Source of the DNA: a virus
Taxonomy: Duplodnaviria; Caudoviricetes
Length of the DNA: 55,360 nucleotides
Direction: 5' to 3' (one strand)
Virus record (IMG/VR): IMGVR_UViG_3300020044_002247
Span: 1-55,360 of that record
This document shows positions 18,296 to 28,619 of the stretch, piece after piece. Both the position numbers and the translations under genes were made by a program. Within the stretch, counting starts at the first letter, position 1; each line of letters opens with the position of its first letter. The notes below the pieces were generated by a model, which ran no database searches, was not told the origin of the DNA, and saw only the letters and a list, made by a program, of their open reading frames with translations.

Positions 18296-20163
18296 GCAGG
18301 TAACAACCTTTCAGCTTTAGTGTTCTTCGCTACTTGTTTTTTGCCTACTGTTTTACGACGTGCATTTTGAACGCGATCCATCATGGCGTAGAGTTTTCTT
18401 GCTCCTGCCTCCGTGCTTCCGTTACCGATTTCCGATACGATTCTAGCGGGAACCACAAACTCTCCGTCAGCCAAGCGAGCAGGCTGACGATTACCAATAG
18501 AAGCAGGAATAGAATCAGATACGCCATCACCGGGTCCTCTCAGTAAACGACCACCGTCTGAATAACCACCCAAATCAGCAACACCACCAACAGCATACTG
18601 TGCAATATCGGACTTAGGAGACTCCGCGCCTATCTGTGCTTGCTGTTGTGGGGGCATGTATGGGTCGATCATACCGCCAATTGTTTTAGTTGCTACAGTA
18701 GGCATTTGCTGTTGCTGACGTTGCTGCATTAACTGCCGAATTAAACCGCCACCAAAACCGCCCATAGCCGCTGAAGCCGGACCATTTCCCATACTACCGC
18801 CTAACCCCATCAATCCTAACCCACCAAAAAACGGATTTCGCTGTGCGGCTGGAGGTGTTGTGGTTGTCTGGGTGTACGTCATGTCCTGCGGGTTGTATTT
18901 ATAGTCAATCGTAGGACCAGTGGCTTGTGAAGATGCAGCAGCGGTTCCGCCGCTACCAAATGCAGTCATACCGCCACCTGCCATACGCGCCTCGCCCGTA
19001 AATGAGTCTACGTCCACATCGCCTGATGGGTTAATTACTTCACGTGCCATTGGGCGTTGCATACTGGGGTCAGAGTACATAGGGGTTTGTAGCTGCGCCA
19101 TTGGGTAATTAGCGTTCATGCCCACTGCTTGAAATGCCGCTTGTTGTTCAGGTACCCCACCTACGGCTAAACCTACTATCCCGCCGTCAGCCGCATACTC
19201 AGGCCCCGGCGCTTTGTAAGGTTTTCCTGCTGTAAACGTATCGTTAAAGAAGTTACGTTCGCTTGAATCCATCAAGTTGCCACGAGAATCTACAGGCATA
19301 CGTTGTCCGCTACTGCTAATCTGCGAGTTGTATGCGTCTGGGTTTTGTTGGCGGTTTAAAGTGTAAGGGCGAATCATGCCTGTGTTATCGGCAGGCGTAA
19401 TGCCTTTTTTGTCGTTCATCCCCATTAAAGCGTAGGCACCGAGAGCAGGAAGTGTCCCGTCAGGTAGGTTGCCGTACAGCGTTTTAAGACCTTGCATGCC
19501 GTTACCAAAACTGGCTTTAGCGCCTTCACCGATTGCACTAAAACCTGATGGGGCGGTTGTGCTAGCTATCTGCGTTGTAGGTACGCCCATCGGATTACCG
19601 GATGCAATCCTACTAGCTAAAGAAGTTTGGTCAAATGCGGCTTTACCAAGATTGCCTGCAGCTTGCCCTGAATTGAGGGCGTAATTACTAAACTGGTTAG
19701 CTCCGCCCATACCCGCTGCGTTAATTGAACTATTTCCTAATGCTGTTGCGGGAGCTGATGTAACGGCACCAGTTGCGGCTGGAGCAGATGCTGTAAGACC
19801 TGCACCTAAACCTGCACCACCATAAGCGCCAAGACCTGCTGATAAACCTTTTTCCAAACTGCCTGTTGCTAGACCTGTAGCAGCGCCAACGGTCAATGCG
19901 GAAGCCAACGGAGTAGCACCCAAGAACGCCAATGACGTACCCGCAGTCAAGGGGGCTAGCGCAAAGCCAGCAATCATCGGGAGCAGTTTGCTTAAAAAGC
20001 CTGCTTCAGGAAGTCCGGTTTGTGGGTTAATTGTAAGAGAACCCCCGTGAGCCATAGCTAGGGATTGTAGGCCGCCAACTTCTTTTGGGGTCATGTGAAC
20101 AAGCACAGAGTCGTCGTTACGACCTCTGGACTGCACTTGTTGGGCTAAATCGTGAAGGCTCAT
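18292..20163 (-). CDS. Internal virion protein
   Basis: 623 aa; N-terminal GRNDD..LVH...E...GGSLTINPQTGLPE; hydrophobic Gly/Ala stretch; C-terminal GPGDGVSDSIPA...LADGEFVVPA. Confidence 0.7.
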   Translation of the reverse strand: MSLHDLAQQVQSRGRNDDSVLVHMTPKEVGGLQSLAMAHGGSLTINPQTGLPEAGFLSKLLPMIAGFALAPLTAGTSLAFLGATPLASALTVGAATGLATGSLEKGLSAGLGAYGGAGLGAGLTASAPAATGAVTSAPATALGNSSINAAGMGGANQFSNYALNSGQAAGNLGKAAFDQTSLASRIASGNPMGVPTTQIASTTAPSGFSAIGEGAKASFGNGMQGLKTLYGNLPDGTLPALGAYALMGMNDKKGITPADNTGMIRPYTLNRQQNPDAYNSQISSSGQRMPVDSRGNLMDSSERNFFNDTFTAGKPYKAPGPEYAADGGIVGLAVGGVPEQQAAFQAVGMNANYPMAQLQTPMYSDPSMQRPMAREVINPSGDVDVDSFTGEARMAGGGMTAFGSGGTAAASSQATGPTIDYKYNPQDMTYTQTTTTPPAAQRNPFFGGLGLMGLGGSMGNGPASAAMGGFGGGLIRQLMQQRQQQQMPTVATKTIGGMIDPYMPPQQQAQIGAESPKSDIAQYAVGGVADLGGYSDGGRLLRGPGDGVSDSIPASIGNRQPARLADGEFVVPARIVSEIGNGSTEAGARKLYAMMDRVQNARRKTVGKKQVAKNTKAERLLPA

Positions 20164-20199
20164 AGGGCACCTCTAAAGAATTTTGTCAATGGTAACATT

Positions 20200-20856
20200 T
20201 TATAGTCTGGATACATAGGTCATTGTGGCAATAGCACTAGGGATTGCTGGGCGGGTTGGGGTTGTGCCAGCAACATATCTTCTAATATTGGCTCCTATAT
20301 CCGACGTACACCAGACAAGTTCTACATAGTCCCCAGCATTTAATTGCAAAAAATAATTCAGCCCCGCTATTACATGGAAAGGATCGCCCGGAGCTTTTCT
20401 TGGGGCTAATCCAAAACGGCTATTAGACGCAGGAATATCTGTGCCATTTTTTCTAAACCAAATGTCTATATCTACCGAGTTGGCTGTAGTGTTGTGAAGT
20501 TGTACAGAAAATTGTAAGTTATACACCCCCGCATACTCAACAGTAAAGCGACTATTGCTTACCATCGTCACGCCATTTGAAAAATCTGTAGTATCAAATG
20601 TTATAGGGTAAGCAGTTGTTGTATTAGCTGCGGTCTGTGTAGTGCTATCTTGAAACGCCCCATACGGAGCGCTTAAAAACCTTGTGCCATCTATATTTAA
20701 TAATGACGCTGTTAAGTTATCAATCTGAGTAAAGTACAGGCGTAACTGATTATTCAACAAGTCTTGGTACTGTCGGTTGTATTCAACTGGCGCAGTGGCT
20801 AATACGGACTGACTTGTCCCGTTTAGCTTTTCTTTACCTATATTACTTACTGTCAT
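20200..20856 (-). CDS. Tail-associated protein with beta-sandwich C-terminus (needle/spike-like)
   Basis: Short N-terminal coil followed by a C1q-like pattern (GVYNLQFSVQ, LNAGDYVELVW); follows the tail hub gene. Confidence 0.55.
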   Translation of the reverse strand: MTVSNIGKEKLNGTSQSVLATAPVEYNRQYQDLLNNQLRLYFTQIDNLTASLLNIDGTRFLSAPYGAFQDSTTQTAANTTTAYPITFDTTDFSNGVTMVSNSRFTVEYAGVYNLQFSVQLHNTTANSVDIDIWFRKNGTDIPASNSRFGLAPRKAPGDPFHVIAGLNYFLQLNAGDYVELVWCTSDIGANIRRYVAGTTPTRPAIPSAIATMTYVSRL

Positions 20857-23081
20857 TATCTACGCCCGTCTTTGCGAATGTCGATTGTTGGAACGCCCAA
20901 CTGCCATGCCGTGCCTCTAGCATTAGAACTAATTTGGAATGTCAACTGACGACCACGTACACGTGTGTAAACAATCTCAGTAAATTCTTGTACCTTGTAC
21001 GTGTAACGCTGCGCATAAGATTGTGTAGACGTTACTGATGGGTCAGGCGCGTAGCCCGGAGCACCACCCGGCGCTTGTTTAGGTATCAGCGCCATATCAA
21101 CGGTTGGGTATGAAGGCGCACCCGTAGTAGAACCGTCGAATGTTACGTCAGGCACCATACGCCATACAAACGAGAAACGATCTCCATCTTCAATATCAAA
21201 CAGCGATGTTTGTATGTACGAATAGATTGCGCTTGGCGGGTTAGTCGTACCGTCATCTGGACCTTGTTCGTGGTACACAAGTAAGTTGTTCTGTGTAGTA
21301 GCCATAGGACTTATGCGTAAACCAGAATCTAGCCATGCGGTGCGCGGTAGAGTGCCGTAGTACCAAACTTTGTCAAGATGGTTAAAGATAACGTAACGAT
21401 CGATAAAACGATTAGGGTTTGATGTTGTGCCCGTACCATCTGCACCAGTAATAGAGCAATAGAACCACCAAACTTCGTTATAGCCTTCGTTAGTACCCGC
21501 AAATATCTGACTAGACTGATCTCTGTTTAAGTCATTAAATATATACTGACGAACAGAACAAGGCAGTGTTTCAACACGACCTGTGTAAGCGTAGAACTTG
21601 TCTGCACCCATCCAGTATGTTGCGCCTGCCGCTGTTGCCATAGCATTCTGGGACATGATGGATACGTTATCTGCAAGTAAATTAAAACCCCAGATATACG
21701 GTGGTCCTAGATATTGCATGGAGTAGATAGCAGAATCTGTCCACACAAGAATCTCTTGACGTGTTTGTAGTGCGCTTACAATTGTTGAACCGTGCGATAG
21801 ACGATAGCTACCTGCTTGGTTTGTTGCACTTGGTACCCATGCTGTGTATGACTCTTGTTCTGACCAACGAATTAACATTGGATCAAATGCGCCATCACCA
21901 AGCGGTGCCGTGTAGTTTGAGCAGCCAAAACAAATCGTAATGCGCGTTGCATCCGACACCGTCATAAAATTAATCTCTGTTGGTATTTGTGTACCTACAG
22001 CTAACTGCCCACGATTAAACACCGGAGTTATGCTGCCTATGCCGCCAGACGGGTCCCAATAATAGAGGGGTCCTTGGCGTGGAGCAAACAGTAAAATCTG
22101 ACCAAAGTTTGCTTGATTCCATAAACGTAAGGCAAGAGCAATACCTGTTGTAAAACCTGTACCCCAACCATGCGCCCACGCATCTGCAGCACTGCCTGCA
22201 TTCCACGGACCCGCACCCCAACCAGTACCAATCGTTACGCTGTCATTACCTGTGTTGATCTGGTATACGGCATCAGTTGCTGTTGTAGAAGGTCCCGAAC
22301 CGCCGTTACCTGTATCAGAAGCGTTGGAGAAAACTAGTGGTGTCTCTAAAGCATCAGTCCCGCTTACGCCCGTTGCAGGCACTTGTCGTGCATTGATCGT
22401 GTAATTAGTAGCATCAATCTGCCCTACTATTTGATATTCTTGATTAAGAATAGCGGCAGTTATATTTCCACCGAGTGTAATTGCACTTGAAAATGTAACA
22501 AAGTCATTAGCTTGTACACCGCTTGCAGTAGCAGCAGTAACAACAAGCGTGGAACACGTGACGTTAGCACCAGTTAAATGTGAAGCCGCAGTCGTATCGT
22601 TAAAACCACGAACGCAGTTGGTCAATGTGTTGGCTGAAACACCTGAGTACCTGATTTGTTCTGCGCCAATTTTAATAATCCCGCCAACAGTAGAAAAATT
22701 GGTAGCGCTAGTAACGGGTATCGTAGTGTCTGTGTCGGTTATGCTACCGTTAAGTGTTGTGAAAGCTGCTTTAAAATAAGTGTTGTTATTAACGGTTAAA
22801 CGAGTAGGGGTGATGTCGTTATACGCACCACCGCTTTCAATATAGAATTTTAGGTTAGTACCCATACCGAGCAAGTTGTATTGCCCTAACGTCACCCAGT
22901 TCCATAATGAACGGCACGTACCTAGAAACCTAGCGTATGTGTTGGCTGTCCAGCCGCCTATCTTTTCAGGATAACCGGAACGAAAACGAATCTTGTCGCC
23001 ATCAAACCAACCGCCTTCATTAGCAAGCGATGTACCTTCGCGATTAACACCCGGTTTAAATTGAATTTTTTGTAGTGGCAT
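20856..23081 (-). CDS. Tail hub/nozzle protein (P22 gp10 / tubular protein B-like)
   Basis: 741 aa, beta-rich; MPLQKIQFKPG start, IRWSEQE, C-terminal DGRR; position before the ejection genes. Confidence 0.7.
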   Translation of the reverse strand: MPLQKIQFKPGVNREGTSLANEGGWFDGDKIRFRSGYPEKIGGWTANTYARFLGTCRSLWNWVTLGQYNLLGMGTNLKFYIESGGAYNDITPTRLTVNNNTYFKAAFTTLNGSITDTDTTIPVTSATNFSTVGGIIKIGAEQIRYSGVSANTLTNCVRGFNDTTAASHLTGANVTCSTLVVTAATASGVQANDFVTFSSAITLGGNITAAILNQEYQIVGQIDATNYTINARQVPATGVSGTDALETPLVFSNASDTGNGGSGPSTTATDAVYQINTGNDSVTIGTGWGAGPWNAGSAADAWAHGWGTGFTTGIALALRLWNQANFGQILLFAPRQGPLYYWDPSGGIGSITPVFNRGQLAVGTQIPTEINFMTVSDATRITICFGCSNYTAPLGDGAFDPMLIRWSEQESYTAWVPSATNQAGSYRLSHGSTIVSALQTRQEILVWTDSAIYSMQYLGPPYIWGFNLLADNVSIMSQNAMATAAGATYWMGADKFYAYTGRVETLPCSVRQYIFNDLNRDQSSQIFAGTNEGYNEVWWFYCSITGADGTGTTSNPNRFIDRYVIFNHLDKVWYYGTLPRTAWLDSGLRISPMATTQNNLLVYHEQGPDDGTTNPPSAIYSYIQTSLFDIEDGDRFSFVWRMVPDVTFDGSTTGAPSYPTVDMALIPKQAPGGAPGYAPDPSVTSTQSYAQRYTYKVQEFTEIVYTRVRGRQLTFQISSNARGTAWQLGVPTIDIRKDGRR

Positions 23082-23093
23082 AGCACACCTACC

Positions 23094-23996
23094 TTAATTT
23101 AATACTTTCATATCTGCGATGATATACGCAGCGTCAACATTCAGTAGCACTTTGGACTTCTTAGTCTGTGCATCAAACTGCGCAACAAAACAGTTGTTCA
23201 TATATATCGTGCGCTCTTCAGAGTACGTATTCGATCCACAAAAGACTACAGCGCCATCGAGCACGTCTAACCCTCTTAGGTATGTCTTAACGCTATCCAC
23301 AACTTTATACAGCGCCACGTCTTTAGTATGCAGATCAATCTCTACCACTTCGCCCGTGCCACTTGATAATGAATACAGCTTACCAGCTACTACTTGAACT
23401 CCGTGTGTGCGTAAGCCTGCTTCCACTAGAATCTCTGCTTCGTATGTATCTACATTAAAGTAGCCAAACTGCGAAGCGCGTTTGTTCAAGTTGTTCAGTG
23501 CAAAATAAACTTTGTCGTCAACCGCACACAAAGAATTTACATGTGCCGTATCGTGTGACTCTGCATGTTCAGGAGCCACCACATCTTGTGTTAACGTAAG
23601 CGTATTGACATCGAAAAAGCAATGCGTCTGCTTTTCAAGGTTGTGTATGCCTATCGTATTATTAGATGTGTTTGTCACGTATATGCTGTCTCTATGCCGC
23701 AATATCTTATGTGTATTAACAAACAAAGGAATGTTTAACAGTTCTGTAAGCTGATACGTGTGCTTGTTAAACTTGCCTAACTTGTTATGCGACACGACGT
23801 ATAAACAGTCTGTGTCACTTGTTATACCGTATGGGCGAAACGTCGGTCGTTTTTGCCCAGTAAACTCAACTGCATTTAATGCTTCCAACCTATTGCAGGT
23901 GTGTACAAGCTGTTTAGTCGTGCTGTCATACACAAGAAAAGTCGGGCTATTAATATCGTAGCCGTCATCGTCCGGTGTTATAACTAACAAGCCCAC
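23094..23996 (-). CDS. Beta-propeller protein (DUF4915-like)
   Basis: Repeated blade motifs RPYGIT, NTHKI, HVNSL, RTHGV, YLRGL; GTG start. Confidence 0.5.
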   Translation of the reverse strand: MGLLVITPDDDGYDINSPTFLVYDSTTKQLVHTCNRLEALNAVEFTGQKRPTFRPYGITSDTDCLYVVSHNKLGKFNKHTYQLTELLNIPLFVNTHKILRHRDSIYVTNTSNNTIGIHNLEKQTHCFFDVNTLTLTQDVVAPEHAESHDTAHVNSLCAVDDKVYFALNNLNKRASQFGYFNVDTYEAEILVEAGLRTHGVQVVAGKLYSLSSGTGEVVEIDLHTKDVALYKVVDSVKTYLRGLDVLDGAVVFCGSNTYSEERTIYMNNCFVAQFDAQTKKSKVLLNVDAAYIIADMKVLN

Positions 23997-24373
23997 TAAT
24001 AAACCCTCACTACCCAGCTACGTGTTTCTTCATCCCAACGGTACTGTTGCCCATCATCAGGTTTAGGTATAGGGTATGTCCACTGCCATGTAGGAGCGCC
24101 TATGATAAAACTAGGGTATGGGGGTGGCGGTTGTTCATAAAACACATCATGGGTTCTGTCGTATATTCCACCTACGGTTGCGTAGTTAGCACGAAGCGCA
24201 ATACCGCCATCAGGCTTACCATCTGGACCGTAATGGATACCACCTCTAGTATTGTATGAAGTCTGTATCCATGATGCTGGATCACCAACCGCGCCAGAAT
24301 CTATAAAGTCTTGCTCTGCACGGATGACATCTACCACGATATCGTTTTCATCGACTTTAGCGAAATAGGGCAT
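23996..24373 (-). CDS. Conserved tail-fibre-associated small protein
   Basis: MPYFAKVD...WIQTSYN...NYA..G..YD...F...PYPS...W.P.P...Y.WDE. Confidence 0.7.
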   Translation of the reverse strand: MPYFAKVDENDIVVDVIRAEQDFIDSGAVGDPASWIQTSYNTRGGIHYGPDGKPDGGIALRANYATVGGIYDRTHDVFYEQPPPPYPSFIIGAPTWQWTYPIPKPDDGQQYRWDEETRSWVVRVY

Positions 24374-24964
24374 TTATTTTCCGCAAGGTAATAAGTTAAT
24401 ATTAATAACAACTCTGCTAGTAGTTTTTATTGGTGAGGACTTAGCATGAAATACTTTGCCCTTCCACATTACTAACGTTCCCTTTTTAGGTGTGACTCTT
24501 TCAGTTACTTTGCCGTTAGCATCAAAAAAGAAAGTGTCGCCATCGGAATCGTTTACATAGTAAATAGCGGTGATCTGGTCATCAAACCCGTTGTCAATAT
24601 GCGGTGTGTGATACTTACCTTCGAACCTAGTATCAATTAAATTCATATTAACTTTGCACTTAGCTACAAAATAATCACCATCAACAAGGTCAATCACTTT
24701 GTTTAAAATTGGTGCAACACTATTGTACGAGCCAGAATTTATAACACCGTCTGAAACAAACATGTGCATAAACTGCGGCGCTTCTATTGTGTTGTCATCT
24801 ACTAAAAGTGCGCCAGTTAAACGCGCATCTTCACTATCCTCTTCTTTATACCCAGCAGGTACGCACGACTCACTACTGTAGAAGTAAGGAAAGTTGCCGC
24901 CCAATAACACTGTTTCTAATTCGTCTTGGATACGCGGTTTAACAAAGTTGTTAATTATCTGCAT
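24374..24964 (-). CDS. 2OG-Fe(II) oxygenase
   Basis: PHID...YYVNDSDGDT...FHAKSSP...RVVININ (HxD...H...R); start reassigned to MQIINN. Confidence 0.85.
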   Translation of the reverse strand: MQIINNFVKPRIQDELETVLLGGNFPYFYSSESCVPAGYKEEDSEDARLTGALLVDDNTIEAPQFMHMFVSDGVINSGSYNSVAPILNKVIDLVDGDYFVAKCKVNMNLIDTRFEGKYHTPHIDNGFDDQITAIYYVNDSDGDTFFFDANGKVTERVTPKKGTLVMWKGKVFHAKSSPIKTTSRVVININLLPCGK

Positions 24965-24966
24965 AG

Positions 24967-25887
24967 TTAGAATACAAAAGTCCCTGATGTGTAGTATGTG
25001 TGGTAGCAAACTCCGCTAACTATAGTAACAGTACCGCCTACTGCAATTTGATATGGGCTATTGTAAGAAATAATTACGACACCTGAACCGCCCGGTCCAC
25101 CAGACCCGCCCTGCTGCCTTCCAGCGCCACCACCACCCCCGCTATTTGGGGCACCTGCAACGCCATAACCATAACCACCGCCACCGACACCGCCCGGAGC
25201 ACCGTTACCGCCCGGATATAATTGGCTACCACCCCCACCACCTGAATAGTAAGTGCCGTTTGTCCATTGCAAACCTGCTCCACCTGCTTGAACCCCTACT
25301 GCGCCAGCACCACCACCGCCACCTCCGGTTGGATAGGCTATAGGAGCGTACGTACCATAAGTTCCGCCCCTATTACCTTGACCTGCTGTACCAGCACCAG
25401 CAGCGCCACTACCACCAGCACCGCCGCCACCTGATCCACCCGCAAAACCGGAACCGTTATCTGAGCTACCGCCGCCACCTCCGCCAATAGAAGTTACTGA
25501 TGTAACCGTAGAGTTACTACCATTACCACGTTGTCCACCACCGCCACCAACAGTGACTACAGTTGTGCCTGATGCGATCACTAGTGCTTGAGTTCTGAAA
25601 CCTCCACCACCTCCACCGCCACTAGGTAAACGATTGTCACCAGCGAACCCTGCGCCACCACCTCCACCGCCAGCAACAACAAGTACAGTAGTGTTTAAAG
25701 AAGTTCCGTTAAAAACCGAACCACTCAACGATTTAGCGTACATATCGTTAAGACTAATAACGCCTGAAGGTACCCCCGCTAACTGCCTAGACAAAGCGCC
25801 GTTTAAACTGTTCTCGCTAACAGGGGGTAAGCCAACCTCACCGCTTACGTCTTTAATAGAAATTGGGCCGGAGGATTGCGTAGTCAT
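24967..25887 (-). CDS. Glycine-rich tail fibre / adhesin protein
   Basis: VLVVAGGGGGG...GGSGVVII glycine-rich domain. Confidence 0.75.
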   Translation of the reverse strand: MTTQSSGPISIKDVSGEVGLPPVSENSLNGALSRQLAGVPSGVISLNDMYAKSLSGSVFNGTSLNTTVLVVAGGGGGGAGFAGDNRLPSGGGGGGGFRTQALVIASGTTVVTVGGGGGQRGNGSNSTVTSVTSIGGGGGGSSDNGSGFAGGSGGGGAGGSGAAGAGTAGQGNRGGTYGTYAPIAYPTGGGGGGAGAVGVQAGGAGLQWTNGTYYSGGGGGSQLYPGGNGAPGGVGGGGYGYGVAGAPNSGGGGGAGRQQGGSGGPGGSGVVIISYNSPYQIAVGGTVTIVSGVCYHTYYTSGTFVF

Positions 25888-27365
25888 TATGGGGTACCGA
25901 ACGCTGTTACGTTACCGGAAGCAATAGCATTGCCGCCCAAGTCAATTGACATTTTATCTACTGTCTTATATTTAAAATATATCTTAGATGTGTTCTCAGT
26001 ATGTGTGCCAGATTGTGAACCTGATGTAACTACAAGTGTTTGCCATGTTGCAGTACAAGTACCTGATCCAGAGAAAGCAACCACTGCACCGCCGGAAGTA
26101 AGCGATACTTGGAACGTAGTAGATGTTCTGTTTATTACGTAATAAATTGTCCCTGCAGTTATAGCAGATGGGCATCCTGCACCAAACACAACTACCTGCC
26201 CGTTAGTGGGGGCGGCGGCAACTGCAAAAACGCTAACCGTTGCAGCGGCATATGTAGCAGTTTGAGATTGTCCTAAAGTAGTCGCTAAGTTGTAAGTTGA
26301 TGATGTACGGTTAAATACATAGTAAGGCGTACCTGCTGTTACTCCTGTTGGTAACGCGCCTGTTGTAGTAAAAGCTACTGCTGTCCCGTTTGCTGGTGCT
26401 GTTGTTACCGTTACTGTCGTTGCTGCGGGGGTTGAGACAGTCATCGTTGCCGCTTGTGCGCCGTTTGTTTCGGACAACGACCAGTTAGTTAACGTGACCG
26501 GGATATTAGTCACCGCTGTTTTAACATACTCAGTTGTTGCAAGCTGTGTGCTATTAGATGCTTGCGGGGGTGTGACCGCCAGTGATACTGTAGATACAGT
26601 ATGGACACCCGTGCCGCCAGCGGTTACTTGTACTAATGGAGACAGCGTGCTGGAAGTCGATACATTAAACGTGGTCGCGTTAATCTTAGATACGTAGTAC
26701 AGCGTTCCAACCGTTAAGCCTGTAGGCAGTGTGCCAGTAGTTGTGAACACAACTGCGGCGTTAGTAACAGGGCTTGTTGCAACAGTTATTACAGACGGGT
26801 TTGCAATAGATATTGTTGCGGTTTGCGAACCCCCTAAGAACGCTGAGTTTTGGACAGTTAAGTTACCATCAAAAGTTGGAGAGCCTGACGTAACCAAAGA
26901 ACCATATACAGTTAAGTCACCAACAATCGCATTAAGCTGTTCAACAACATTAGTGTCATCACAACGCAAAAGAACTGAAGCGCCTGCCGGAACCGCAACG
27001 CCTGTACCTGCTGCTGTCGTGTTACCTGCTACGGTGCTTGCATAAACAGTTACTGTTGTTCCGGGACCGCCAACGTTAGTGGCATTAACAAACACATAGA
27101 GTTTAGTAACAGGTGGGACGTATACATTAAGCGATGTTGATAACGCACTAGTCACTCTAACCGCAGCGTTACGCGCTTCGTCGTATACACCGTCCAATAC
27201 CGTTAGTGCTTGGTCGGAGCTAAGTAGTGCAACATCTGCTAAACCTGCGATAGCATCTTCGATAATGGTGCCAAGATTGGCGTTAGTGATTGAACCCCAT
27301 GTACCGGATTTTTCACCGTTCGCCATCAATTCGATGCGTAGGTCGGGGGAGTATGTACTTGGCAT
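25887..27365 (-). CDS. Tail fibre protein
   Basis: 492 aa, Thr-rich; repeated FTTTG.LPTG..GT.YYV modules; LATTEYV motif. Confidence 0.75.
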   Translation of the reverse strand: MPSTYSPDLRIELMANGEKSGTWGSITNANLGTIIEDAIAGLADVALLSSDQALTVLDGVYDEARNAAVRVTSALSTSLNVYVPPVTKLYVFVNATNVGGPGTTVTVYASTVAGNTTAAGTGVAVPAGASVLLRCDDTNVVEQLNAIVGDLTVYGSLVTSGSPTFDGNLTVQNSAFLGGSQTATISIANPSVITVATSPVTNAAVVFTTTGTLPTGLTVGTLYYVSKINATTFNVSTSSTLSPLVQVTAGGTGVHTVSTVSLAVTPPQASNSTQLATTEYVKTAVTNIPVTLTNWSLSETNGAQAATMTVSTPAATTVTVTTAPANGTAVAFTTTGALPTGVTAGTPYYVFNRTSSTYNLATTLGQSQTATYAAATVSVFAVAAAPTNGQVVVFGAGCPSAITAGTIYYVINRTSTTFQVSLTSGGAVVAFSGSGTCTATWQTLVVTSGSQSGTHTENTSKIYFKYKTVDKMSIDLGGNAIASGNVTAFGTP

Positions 27366-27367
27366 AA

Positions 27368-27871
27368 TTAACCTTTAGATAGATACATTGCACGTTCTTC
27401 GTTTCGGCGGCGTGTCAACCCTTTGTTTACAATACCGCTTGCTTTGTTGTACAACAAGAAGGCATCGGATGCTTCTTCAAAATCACCTCGGTTGTGGCGC
27501 ATTCTGATGCTTGAACGCTGCAAGGCTCCGAGGCCACAGTTGAAGGAAAAGCTGACCAGAGCGTCAAACCTGCCTTGATTAAGACCAGTAGGGCAAAAAC
27601 GAGATACGCCTGACTCAAAACGTCGAATATCACTCCTGAGTATCTCATCGACTTCCTCCATTGTCAAAGTCCTATTCCACTCTGGCGGGCATGTCAATAG
27701 CCCAGCAGCCTTAGCTGCTTTACGTTCTTCCAGCTTCATCGCCATGTGCTGCGGGGGAGCAATCAAGTGCCCCACCCCAGTTGTCCAAAGCAGTATGTGG
27801 TCGAGGTACGGCTTGACCCGTACCCCTTCGTTTTGCTTAATTGATAACAAGCAACGATCTGAGACTTTCAT
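27368..27871 (-). CDS. Endolysin, GH24 phage lysozyme
   Basis: EG...PYLD...WTTGVGH; FDALVSFSFNCG; GLTRRRNEE. Confidence 0.92.
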   Translation of the reverse strand: MKVSDRCLLSIKQNEGVRVKPYLDHILLWTTGVGHLIAPPQHMAMKLEERKAAKAAGLLTCPPEWNRTLTMEEVDEILRSDIRRFESGVSRFCPTGLNQGRFDALVSFSFNCGLGALQRSSIRMRHNRGDFEEASDAFLLYNKASGIVNKGLTRRRNEERAMYLSKG

Positions 27872-28353
27872 TTTTTGCTAAACGCCTGAGTACCAAACCA
27901 AAATGCAATAATGGAAACTAAAATCTGCATCTCGTCTTGGTCAAAGATCATCTTCATAGCTTCGTAGAAATCCAACCCGCTAGACCATGCCCAGATAATG
28001 CCGGATATATCAACGATCATTAACAACAGCACAAACATGTAAGTCACCACTGGACGTACTGACGAGCGTAAGTTAATCACCCATTGTGATGCGCCTTTAC
28101 CTATTTCTATGTCATGCTGGTATAGCGCTTGACGTTCTTGCACGTCAGCTTGAATCTGAATCTGCTCAGTATGGATAGCTTCAATTTTTTCTTGTGAAGC
28201 AAAGCCAGCCATCTGCAGTTTCATCTGCTGTTCCATCTGCATCTGAGCTAAAAGTATTTCGTGCTTCTTGTCTGAGCGATCTTGAAAGAACGCCAGCAGC
28301 TTAGGTAAGCCGCCCATTAAGAACGATAGTGATGTTGAGATTAGTGTAAGCAT
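27868..28353 (-). CDS. Putative holin (3TM-type)
   Basis: SVRPVVTY, transmembrane helices, FWFG; adjacent to the lysozyme. Confidence 0.65.
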   Translation of the reverse strand: MLTLISTSLSFLMGGLPKLLAFFQDRSDKKHEILLAQMQMEQQMKLQMAGFASQEKIEAIHTEQIQIQADVQERQALYQHDIEIGKGASQWVINLRSSVRPVVTYMFVLLLMIVDISGIIWAWSSGLDFYEAMKMIFDQDEMQILVSIIAFWFGTQAFSKK

Positions 28354-28619
28354 TATTTTTTACCTCTTTCTTCCATAAGTTTGATTCTGACCTGTAGGTC
28401 GTGGATGTCGTTATAAATAGCTTCTTTAAGTTTATGTCTTTGTTCGGCAGATAACGGGCTATCAGTTGGTACACCTTGTGGCGTAATCAGTGCGGGCATC
28501 TGTCCTTCTATCTTTACTAGGCGCTCATTAAAAGAACCAACCTGATTAAGTAACCAGATAATTGCTGACACCAACATAGGCACTAGCGCCTTTAATATAT
28601 CTTCCATCTTAAAGTTCAT
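28353..28619 (-). CDS. Small membrane-anchored coiled-coil protein of the lysis cassette
   Basis: N-terminal transmembrane segment followed by heptads. Confidence 0.6.
   Translation of the reverse strand: MNFKMEDILKALVPMLVSAIIWLLNQVGSFNERLVKIEGQMPALITPQGVPTDSPLSAEQRHKLKEAIYNDIHDLQVRIKLMEERGKK

Noticed and set aside
20184-20197. TGTCAATGGTAACA palindrome-like sequence upstream of the ejection genes
   Set aside because: Spacing is 2 bp shorter than family A and the match is imperfect; more likely part of a promoter or chance.
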